From Verrucomicrobiales bacterium (GTDB lineage Bacteria > Verrucomicrobiota > Verrucomicrobiia > Limisphaerales > UBA1100): DNA of 64,000 bases. Numbering within the stretch: the stretch's first letter is position 1; the number at the start of each line of letters is the position of its first letter. The position numbers were made by a program, and so were the translations under genes. The notes beneath the pieces were generated by a model. That model made no database searches and was not told the origin of the DNA. It saw only the letters and a list, made by a program, of their open reading frames with translations. This document shows, in pieces, positions 38,703 to 46,463 of this stretch. Location of the stretch: assembly GCA_005809105.1 (NCBI GenBank), contig SYLI01000048.1, positions 555-64,554 of the forward strand, in the 5' to 3' direction.

Positions 38703-40141
38703 CCGAAGAGTTGCGTTAGGGCCTTGCCGCTTTCAACCATCGGGATGGGCCGGCCTTCCTTGTCGGGCAGGGCAAGGTCGGGGTCAATTCCCAGCGACCA
38801 ATAGATGGTCTTTGCCAAATCCTCAGGCGACACGGGGTGATCCTTGGGATAGGCCGCGTGCGCGTCGCTGGTGCCGTACACAATGCCGCCGCGGATGCCG
38901 CCGCCGGCCAGCACGCAGGGAAAGCAAGTGCTCCAGTGATTGCGGCCCCAGTTTGCATTGCCCTTGGGAGTGCGCCCCATTTCGCCGACGGCCACGACCA
39001 AGGTCTCCTGAAGCAGGCCGCGGCTGTCCAGGTCGGCCAGGAGCGCCGAGGCGCCCTGATCGAAGGTGGGCAGAAGATGCTTCTGCACATCAGTGTTGTT
39101 GCGGTGCGAATCCCAACTGTAGCCATCGCAGGCATCGTAGTGCACGGTCACAAACCTCACGCCAGCCTCAACGAGCCTGCGCGCCAGCAGGCAGGACTGG
39201 CCAAAGAGGTGGCGGCCGTACGCATCGCGCAACGTCGCCTTTTCGCGGCCGATGTCGAGCGCCCCGCGGGTCTTTTCGGAGGTCACGAGAGCCAGCGCCC
39301 GTTGACGGTGCCGGTCGAGCACGCTGGCGGCGCCGGCGTCCACTTGGCGCTGCACGCCTTCAAACTGTCGAAGCAGCGAGGCGCGGTCGCGAAGGGTCCG
39401 CGTGGGTACCTCGGGCGCAAGGCCGTCGATTTGAAAGGAAAGCTCTTCGTCGCTGCAGTCGCGCCAGTACGGGTTGTCGTCGAGGTTGCGCTTGTCCACC
39501 GCGGTGGTCAGCGGATTAAACCCCGCGCCCAGCCAGCCGCCATACTCCCCCGGGCGGCGGTACTGGCCCAGTTCCTGGAGCCGGCCCAGCCAGTTGGGAA
39601 GCACCGCGTACGCCGGCAGGTCGCGGGAGAGTCCGCCGGGCGAGCGCTGCGAGAGGTGTTCAACCACGCTGCCCATCGACGGCCAGTCTTTGGGCGTGGC
39701 CACGAAGCCGCCACCGACAGGCACGTGCCAGCGTTTGCCCGTCTGCATGTAATGTCCGCCGCCGCTGTGATCGTTGAAGGTGTGCGTCATGGTGCGGATC
39801 ACCGCAAACTTGTCCGACACGGCCGCCAAGCGTGGCAGGTGGTCGCTGATGAGCAGCCCGGGCGTGCGCGAGGCGATAGGCCGGAAGGGGCCGCGAATTT
39901 CCATCGGCGCCTCGGGCTTCATGTCAAAGGTCTCAAGCTGGGAGGGCCCGCCGAAGAGAAACAGGAAGATGACCGACTTGGCCTTGGCGTTTTGGAAGGG
40001 GGCCGCGGCAGATTCTGCCGCCAGAACCCGGGGCAGCGAGAGGCCCAGTAGGCCCGCACCGCCGATTTGCAAGAGCTCTCTGCGGTTGAGCGCGCCCGAA
40101 CAAACCCGCACTGGTTGACCCTTAACCGTCAACATGAACAA
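38699..40141 (-). CDS. DUF1501 protein, copy 1 of the tandem set
   Basis: LNRRELLQIGGAGLLGLSLP, IFLFLFGGPSQLETFDMKPEAP, AVGEMGRTPKGNANWGRNHW. Confidence 0.85.
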   Translation of the reverse strand: MFMLTVKGQPVRVCSGALNRRELLQIGGAGLLGLSLPRVLAAESAAAPFQNAKAKSVIFLFLFGGPSQLETFDMKPEAPMEIRGPFRPIASRTPGLLISDHLPRLAAVSDKFAVIRTMTHTFNDHSGGGHYMQTGKRWHVPVGGGFVATPKDWPSMGSVVEHLSQRSPGGLSRDLPAYAVLPNWLGRLQELGQYRRPGEYGGWLGAGFNPLTTAVDKRNLDDNPYWRDCSDEELSFQIDGLAPEVPTRTLRDRASLLRQFEGVQRQVDAGAASVLDRHRQRALALVTSEKTRGALDIGREKATLRDAYGRHLFGQSCLLARRLVEAGVRFVTVHYDACDGYSWDSHRNNTDVQKHLLPTFDQGASALLADLDSRGLLQETLVVAVGEMGRTPKGNANWGRNHWSTCFPCVLAGGGIRGGIVYGTSDAHAAYPKDHPVSPEDLAKTIYWSLGIDPDLALPDKEGRPIPMVESGKALTQLFG

Positions 40142-40245
40142 AATCTCCTTTACTCAGACCACGGTGGCAAGCGTGCAATTCAGATGAGGAAAACGCGCCA
40201 CCTTCGCGCTGGCCAGCGCGCGGCGCGCGCCGTAGAGTCCCCTCC

Positions 40246-41028
40246 ATGAACCCCCGCGTGCTTGCTTTGGTGGTGTTGATGAATCTGGCGTTGGTGGGAT
40301 GGACGGCGCCGCCTGCGTTGGCCGCTGCAGAGGCCGCCCCGCGCGCCGTCATCGACGGCACCGGCCCGGGCTGGCGCGCCTTGGGAGAGGCCGACTTCGT
40401 CAACGTCAACTGCAACAAGGACACGTGGAGCTTCGGCAAGGACGGGCTCATCCAATGCACGGGCAGTCCGGTGGGCGTCATCCGGAGCAAGTCTGAGGTG
40501 AAGAACCTGGAACTCGTGGTGCAATGGCGCCACCTCAAGCCCGCGGGCAATTCGGGCGTGTTCCTGTGGGCCACGCCGGAGAGCATTAAAAACCTTGAGG
40601 CGGGCAATGGGCGGCTGCCTGCGGGCATCGAGGTGCAGGTGCTCGACTTGGGCTATGAAACCAATTTTGAGAAATCCAAGGGCAAGCCCTCGGACTGGTT
40701 CACCAGCCACGGCGATGTCTTCCCCACGGGCAACGCCAAGATGAAGGCGTTCACGCCGCAGATTACTTATACACGCGAGGATGGCACCCGCTATCAGGTG
40801 GGCAATCCCAACAGCAGCCGCAGCTTTCCCACCCGACGCCTCACCCGGCCGGCGGGAGAGTGGAACCATTACTATGTGCGGGCCATCAACGGCGAGGTGC
40901 GGCTGTGGGTGAACGGCGAGGAAGTGTCCGGCGGCACAGGCTGCCAGCCCGCCACCGGATACCTCTGCTTGGAATCCGAGGGCTCGCCCATCGAATTCAA
41001 AAACCTGCGCCTTCGCGAGCTGCCTTAA
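40246..41028 (+). CDS. DUF1080 (3-keto-disaccharide-hydrolase/LamG-like) secreted protein
   Basis: Signal peptide present. GWRALGEADF..WSFGKDGLIQC, NSGVFLW, NHYYVRAINGEVRLWVNGEEV, LCLESEGSPIEFKNLRLREL. Confidence 0.8.
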   Translation: MNPRVLALVVLMNLALVGWTAPPALAAAEAAPRAVIDGTGPGWRALGEADFVNVNCNKDTWSFGKDGLIQCTGSPVGVIRSKSEVKNLELVVQWRHLKPAGNSGVFLWATPESIKNLEAGNGRLPAGIEVQVLDLGYETNFEKSKGKPSDWFTSHGDVFPTGNAKMKAFTPQITYTREDGTRYQVGNPNSSRSFPTRRLTRPAGEWNHYYVRAINGEVRLWVNGEEVSGGTGCQPATGYLCLESEGSPIEFKNLRLRELP

Positions 41029-41046
41029 TCGTCCCGCGTAGCAGCA

Positions 41047-42582
41047 TCAGTGGCCAAGCGTTCGGCGGAGTAGGTTGTGCGTGATGCGCTGCACGCGCTC
41101 GTCGGGGCCGTGGGGGCGGCTCCAGTGGCTCCATGGGAGAATGTGCCCGGGCGGCGAGCTCAATCCCTGCGTCCACCAAATGGTGGCTGCGTTGAAAACG
41201 ACATTCCCTTTGGGGCCGGGATAAATGGTGGCCGTCCACCGCGCCGGGGTGACGCCGCCGCGCCAAACCGTGCCTTCGGCCACGACCTCCAAGCCCGGGA
41301 TTTTTGCCGGCGCGCCGTGGTGTTCCCAGCCGACCAGCCCGCGCACGGCGTCTCCTTTCTTCATGCCGGTGCCTTCAAAGATCCAGTGGCCGGGTTTGGT
41401 GCAAATCCAATCTCCGCCTCCATTGAAAGGCACGATGCTGCGCGCGCCAATGATGTCGGCCTCGTTGCGGCGATCGCGCTGCCATTCCTTGGTGAACACA
41501 CTCACCGCGTCGGCGATCTCCGTGTCGGTTAGTCCGCCGTAGATTCCCTTGCGGGTGAGCGTGCGCAGCGGGGTGCCGCGAGTGGAGGCGGAGAAGGGCG
41601 TGACGCCAAAGACGGAGTTGCCGCAGAGCCACAATGCGTGCGTGCCGCCGGCGATGGCCTTCTGCACGGCGTCATACTGGCGCGTATCCCAGTATTCGTC
41701 GTGCCCCACGCTGAGAAAGGTCTTGCATCGCGAAATCGGCGCGGACTTCAGACAGTCGCTGTTGGAACAGTACGTCACGTCGTAGCCGTGCTGCTCCATC
41801 CAGTAGGCCAGCGGAAATTCCCAGAGCAGAAACTCGCCCGAGCCCAAAGAGAGTGGGTGCTCGTAGATTTGAGAGTACTTGCCGTAAGGGCGGTCGAAAC
41901 TGACGGCGACACCCCGGGCGTGCGCGCCGCGCGGGTCGGTGTAGAGCGAGTCATTCTCCGGCCACTTGTTGTAGGCCTGCCAGGTGTTGTCGCTGCACTG
42001 GAATAGAAAATCGGCCTTGCGCTCGTCGCGCACAATGAACACCACGTAGCTCTGCCAGTAGGGCTCTCCGGCGTGGTCGGGCACCGTGGTCAGCCGACCA
42101 AGATAGACGCCGCTCAGCCAGTCCGAGGGGATTTTAAGAGTGAGCGAAGCCTCCCACTGGCACTCGCGCAGGCGCAATTCGCCCGCCGCCGGCACGGGCT
42201 GTTTGATGCCCGGCAGTGGCCCCGCGGCAAACATCTGGCGCGCGCCGCGCCCGCCGTAATAACCCATGCGAAAGACCTCCACGGTAAAGCGCGTCGCCGG
42301 GTCGGTGCTCACCATGATGTCGAGCGACTCGCCGGCCCTCACGCTTTGGCGCGAACAGTAGCCTTCGATGGCGGGCGAGCGGTGGCCCGCCGGTTTGTCC
42401 AAGCGCACGCGCGTCAATTGCCAGTCCAGCGCGCCGGGCTTGGCGTTTTCAAGCGCGACTGCATTGGGACCCTTCGGTGGCGCTGCGGCGGCAGGGGAAT
42501 GCGCAGCCAGAAGGCCGGCGCCCGCGGCAGCCGCCTTGGCGAAGTCGCGGCGGGAAAGTGGGGAGGGATTGGGAGTGCTCAT
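41047..42582 (-). CDS. N,N-dimethylformamidase-beta-subunit-like (DUF6605-type) protein with TAT signal
   Basis: ATG 42582 gives MSTPNPSPLSRRDFAKAAAAGAGLLAA. NTWQAYNKWPENDSLY is a hallmark-like motif, and the C-terminal half looks GATase-like. Family call is from memory. Confidence 0.55.
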   Translation of the reverse strand: MSTPNPSPLSRRDFAKAAAAGAGLLAAHSPAAAAPPKGPNAVALENAKPGALDWQLTRVRLDKPAGHRSPAIEGYCSRQSVRAGESLDIMVSTDPATRFTVEVFRMGYYGGRGARQMFAAGPLPGIKQPVPAAGELRLRECQWEASLTLKIPSDWLSGVYLGRLTTVPDHAGEPYWQSYVVFIVRDERKADFLFQCSDNTWQAYNKWPENDSLYTDPRGAHARGVAVSFDRPYGKYSQIYEHPLSLGSGEFLLWEFPLAYWMEQHGYDVTYCSNSDCLKSAPISRCKTFLSVGHDEYWDTRQYDAVQKAIAGGTHALWLCGNSVFGVTPFSASTRGTPLRTLTRKGIYGGLTDTEIADAVSVFTKEWQRDRRNEADIIGARSIVPFNGGGDWICTKPGHWIFEGTGMKKGDAVRGLVGWEHHGAPAKIPGLEVVAEGTVWRGGVTPARWTATIYPGPKGNVVFNAATIWWTQGLSSPPGHILPWSHWSRPHGPDERVQRITHNLLRRTLGH

Positions 42583-42671
42583 GGTGGAGTGGAGCAATCT
42601 TAGTCGAAGCAAATGCCCGTGCAGCAAAAAAACTGGCCAACCCGACAGGTCGCCGCGATAGTCGGCCACCG

Positions 42672-43415
42672 ATGAACAAGCTCATTCGCAACCACCGGGG
42701 CGAGCGGTTGGATCACGAATTTCATTTGGGCATCGGCAAGAGCTCAAAGACCGTGGTGGTGATTGGCCATGGAGTCACGGCGAACAAGGATCGCCCCTTC
42801 ATCCAGACGTTGGCCGAGGGCCTTGCGCTGGCGGGCGTCTCGGTGCTGCGCTTTTCCTTCGCCGGCAACGGAGCCTCAGAGGGAAAGTTTGAGGAGTCGT
42901 GCATTTCCAAGGAAGTGCAGGAGCTTTCGCGTGTGGTGGACGCGCTGGACGGGCGCCCGGTGATTTACGCCGGACACAGCATGGGCGGCGCCGTCGGGGT
43001 GATCTTCGCTTCGCAGGACTCGCGCGTGAAAGGGCTGATTTCTCTGGCGGGCATGGTGCATACGCACGCATTTGCCGGGCGCGAGTTTAGCGGCATCAAA
43101 CCCGGTGCGGGGTGCATGTGGGACAAGCCCCAATGCCCGCTCTCTGCGGCATTCCTGGCGGACATGGAGGAAATCGATTCGGTGCTGGATCGCGCCCCGC
43201 GCATCAAGGTGCCCTGGCTTCTGGTTCATGGCGTGGACGACGATGTCGTGCCCATCACTGATTCGCGCGAAATCGTCTCTCATGCGGGCGGGCCTGCGGA
43301 GCTCTTCGAGATTCCGCGCTGTGACCATGTTTTTGATCCCGTGACCGATGCGGACGCGCTGCCCGCCATGGTCACCAAAGTGAGCCAGTGGGTTTTGCCA
43401 CTGGTCGAGTTTTAG
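42672..43415 (+). CDS. alpha/beta hydrolase
   Basis: 247 aa with VVVIGHGVTANKD, nucleophile elbow AGHSMGG, LLVHGVDDDVV and CDHVF. Confidence 0.75.
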   Translation: MNKLIRNHRGERLDHEFHLGIGKSSKTVVVIGHGVTANKDRPFIQTLAEGLALAGVSVLRFSFAGNGASEGKFEESCISKEVQELSRVVDALDGRPVIYAGHSMGGAVGVIFASQDSRVKGLISLAGMVHTHAFAGREFSGIKPGAGCMWDKPQCPLSAAFLADMEEIDSVLDRAPRIKVPWLLVHGVDDDVVPITDSREIVSHAGGPAELFEIPRCDHVFDPVTDADALPAMVTKVSQWVLPLVEF

Positions 43416-43495
43416 CAATTGCACGTAGCAAAAAACGCGTTGACTTGCGGTGTCTGCCCGCACACATTGCCAGCGTGCTACCCAACCGGCAGGAG

Positions 43496-44227
43496 ATGGT
43501 TTCCTCCCCTTCGCGTTTGGCTGCGTTTGCGCTGTTGGAATTGCTGATCGCCGGATTGGTGGTCGCCCTCATTGCGGCGTTGGTGCTTCCGGCGGTGAAC
43601 CAATCCAAGAATCAGGTGCGCGCCAGCAAGTGCATCGACAACTCCCGACTCGTCGGTGCCGCGTTCAAGTCCTACTCCGACAATCACCGCGGCCAGTTCG
43701 TGCCTTTTAAGGAGCATCTTCCAGCGCCTGCAGACGCCATCGTCAAAACCGGCAACAGCGCTTTCACTTATTGGCCCGACTTGCTGAAGGAATTTTCCGG
43801 GCACAGAGGCATCTGGCACTGCCCCGGCTGCCGCCTTTCGCACGACGCTGGCTCCTTTGGCATTGCCTACAACCAGTTGCTGGACACGGCGGCCAGTTCG
43901 GGCAAGCGCGTGCGTTGCGAGAGCGATCTTTCAAATCCCGGCCGCACGGTGGTCTTTGCCGATGCCGACCGCATCGCCAATCCCCAGGATCATCCCGACC
44001 AGTGGCGCCCGCTGGCCTCCACGGCGAACCATCCTGAAGCGCGGCTGCAATTTGAAATCCCCACCAGCGCCACATGGGAGAAGCCCGGCGTGCGGCGTGT
44101 GATGAACCGCCATCTGGGTCGTGCCACCGTGGTGTTTGCCGATCAGCACGTGGACGTGCTGCCCGTGAGTCGGCTGGGATTTCAGAAACTGGCCGACTCG
44201 TCGGCGCGCCTTTGGGACTCGGAGTAG
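43496..44227 (+). CDS. prepilin-type N-terminal domain / DUF1559 (H-X9-DG)-like pseudopilin
   Basis: AGGAG Shine-Dalgarno 4 nt upstream of the ATG. N-terminus AAFALLELLIAGLVVALIAALVLPAVNQSKNQVRASKCIDNSRLVGAAF. C-terminus NRHLGRATVVFADQHVDVLP. Confidence 0.7.
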   Translation: MVSSPSRLAAFALLELLIAGLVVALIAALVLPAVNQSKNQVRASKCIDNSRLVGAAFKSYSDNHRGQFVPFKEHLPAPADAIVKTGNSAFTYWPDLLKEFSGHRGIWHCPGCRLSHDAGSFGIAYNQLLDTAASSGKRVRCESDLSNPGRTVVFADADRIANPQDHPDQWRPLASTANHPEARLQFEIPTSATWEKPGVRRVMNRHLGRATVVFADQHVDVLPVSRLGFQKLADSSARLWDSE

Positions 44228-44292
44228 CAGGCAAGTGCCCTGCGGCGATTTTCAACCATTCTCTCGCGGGCCCATCCTTAGTTTGCTTGAAC

Positions 44293-45147
44293 ATGATTCC
44301 CTCACCTCCGGTCATTATGGGTGTCATGGTACGACTCTCGTGCTGGATTCTGATGAGCTTCGCTGCCGCGCTCAACGCGGCACCGGCGCTCACTTTCGCT
44401 GCGATGGGCGATGTGCCCTACACTGATGCCGAGATGGTGACGCTTGAGCGGCAGCTCAAGGAACTGCCTGCCACCGCCCGGTGGGTGGTGCACGTGGGTG
44501 ACATCAAGACGGGCATAGGACCCTGCGGCGCCCAACGATTTGCCCAGGTGGCCGGCATCCTGCGCGCCTCTCCCAAGCCGCTCTTCCTGCTGCCCGGCGA
44601 CAATGAATGGAACGACTGCCCGCAGCCCGAGAAGGCATGGATGCTCTGGAAAGAGCACTTCGCCAAGATGGACACGCACTGGAAGTTGCCCTTCGCCGTA
44701 CAGCGTCAGGCCGGGCGCGAGGAGAATGTCGCCTTCGTCCAGAATGGCGTGCTGGTGATGGGCATCACGATGGTGGGCGGGCGCGTGCATGACGCGGCGC
44801 AATGGCGGCACTTTCTTGACGATGGCTCGCGCTGGGTGGAGACCCAAATCGAGGCGCATCCCGATGTGCGGTGCATGGTGCTGCTGGCGCATGCCTTCCC
44901 CTCGGCGCAAAAGCACAAGGTGTTTGCCGGACGATTTGAAGCGGCCGCCCGCCAGTGCGCCAAACCCATCCTCTACATTCACGGCGACGGCCACGACTGG
45001 ATCGAAGACCGCCCCTTCAAAGCCGCGCCGGCCGTGCTGCGAGTGCAGCTGACACAAGGAGGGCTGGAAGATCCCCTCTTGGTGACGGTGGACCCCGCAG
45101 CGAAGGAACCCTTTCAACTCCGCCGCCGAATGCTCCCTCCCCAATGA
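44293..45147 (+). CDS. secreted calcineurin-like metallophosphoesterase
   Basis: Signal peptide present. FAAMGDVPY, VVHVGDI, LPGDNEWNDC, LLAHAF, IHGDGH. Confidence 0.75.
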   Translation: MIPSPPVIMGVMVRLSCWILMSFAAALNAAPALTFAAMGDVPYTDAEMVTLERQLKELPATARWVVHVGDIKTGIGPCGAQRFAQVAGILRASPKPLFLLPGDNEWNDCPQPEKAWMLWKEHFAKMDTHWKLPFAVQRQAGREENVAFVQNGVLVMGITMVGGRVHDAAQWRHFLDDGSRWVETQIEAHPDVRCMVLLAHAFPSAQKHKVFAGRFEAAARQCAKPILYIHGDGHDWIEDRPFKAAPAVLRVQLTQGGLEDPLLVTVDPAAKEPFQLRRRMLPPQ

Positions 45148-46463
45148 TCCGTCGCGCTCTCATCTCTCCGCTCGCTTTGGCAATCTGTGCTGCTGCATGG
45201 GCCGCCACTGCCGCGCGTGCTGGCACGCCCGAAGCCATGTCGCTCATCAAAACGCGCTGTCTGGCCTGCCACAGCGAGGAGAAGAGCAAAGGAGGGCTGG
45301 CGCTCACCTCGCGCCAAGCGGCGCTGCGCGGCGGCGACGACGGGCCGGCCATCCGTCCGGGCAACGCGGCTGCCAGCAGGCTCATCCAGGTTATCCAGCC
45401 CGGATCTGAGCCGCACATGCCCCCAAAGGATCAACTCACCCCGCGCGCCATCCGTGACTTCGAAGATTGGATCAATGCGGGCGCCGTGTGGGACGCGTCG
45501 CTCTTGACCGAACGGGACGCGCCGCCCCCCGAGCAGTTGGGCACACTTCCACCGGGCTACGCGCCGGTGCTGGCGGTGGCATTGACTCCCGACGGGCGCA
45601 AGCTGGCGGTGGGCAGCGGGCAGCGCGTGGTAATTTATGACATCCTTGCCGAAACCAATCGTCACCGCGTCACACTCGAGGGGCACCGCGACGCAGTGCA
45701 GTCGCTGGCGTGGAGCACCAATGGCCAGCGGCTGGCTTCGGGCGGCTACCGCCACGTGATGTTGTGGGATGCGCAATCCAACGCCACCCAACAGTGGCCC
45801 ACTCCCGCCGGCCGCGTCACGGCACTGGCCTTTGCGCCCGACGGCGGCACCCTCTTCGCGGGCGAATCGGCATCCGGCGGCGCAGGATGGATCCGCGCGT
45901 GGCGCGTGCAGGACGCCGCGCGGGTGGCCGAATGGTCGGCGCATGGCGACTCGATTTACAGTCTGGCGGTCAGTCGTGATGGCCAGCGGCTGGCCAGCGC
46001 CGGTGGCGACCGCCTTGCGAAAATCTGGCAGTGGCCTTCGCGTCGTCTTGAGGGATTGCTCGAGGGGCACGGTGGCGCCGTCTATGGCGTGGTCTTGAGC
46101 CGCGACGGCCTCAAAGCCGCGACGGCCGGCGCCGACAAACTCGTCATGCTCTGGGATGTCTCGACTCGGTTAAAACTCACGCAGATCACCAACACGGGCG
46201 GCGTGACCGCCCTGGGCTGGTCGGCCGACGACACGCTCCTCGCCACGGCCAGTGAGGATGGCGTGGCGCGCACGTTCACCAACTTCACCAGCCACAGCGG
46301 CGAGCAGTCCTCCGGCACCGCGACGGAGCGGCGGCTGGGCGGCGCAGGCGCGCTGCTCACCGTGAGCGTTTCGGCTGATGGCAAGAGGGTCGCCTCGGGC
46401 GCGCACGATGGAACTGTGTGGCTTTGGAACGAGGGCAAGCTGATCTCCAAATGGAAGCCATGA
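45144..46463 (+). CDS. Planctomycete-type cytochrome c (PSCyt1-like) fused to WD40 repeats
   Basis: ATGA overlap with the upstream stop. CLACHSEEKSKGGLALTS...HMPPK, followed by repeated WD-like units (GHRDAVQSLAWS, AHGDSIYSLAVS, GHGGAVYGVVLS, ..LWD, ..LWN). Confidence 0.8.
   Translation: MIRRALISPLALAICAAAWAATAARAGTPEAMSLIKTRCLACHSEEKSKGGLALTSRQAALRGGDDGPAIRPGNAAASRLIQVIQPGSEPHMPPKDQLTPRAIRDFEDWINAGAVWDASLLTERDAPPPEQLGTLPPGYAPVLAVALTPDGRKLAVGSGQRVVIYDILAETNRHRVTLEGHRDAVQSLAWSTNGQRLASGGYRHVMLWDAQSNATQQWPTPAGRVTALAFAPDGGTLFAGESASGGAGWIRAWRVQDAARVAEWSAHGDSIYSLAVSRDGQRLASAGGDRLAKIWQWPSRRLEGLLEGHGGAVYGVVLSRDGLKAATAGADKLVMLWDVSTRLKLTQITNTGGVTALGWSADDTLLATASEDGVARTFTNFTSHSGEQSSGTATERRLGGAGALLTVSVSADGKRVASGAHDGTVWLWNEGKLISKWKP

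Noticed and set aside
35740-40051. Three long + strand ORFs (35740..37149, 37167..38588, 38837..40051)
   Set aside because: Each mirrors one of the three minus-strand DUF1501 genes, which have strong family motifs. The + frames are low-complexity Arg/Ala/Gly/His shadows.
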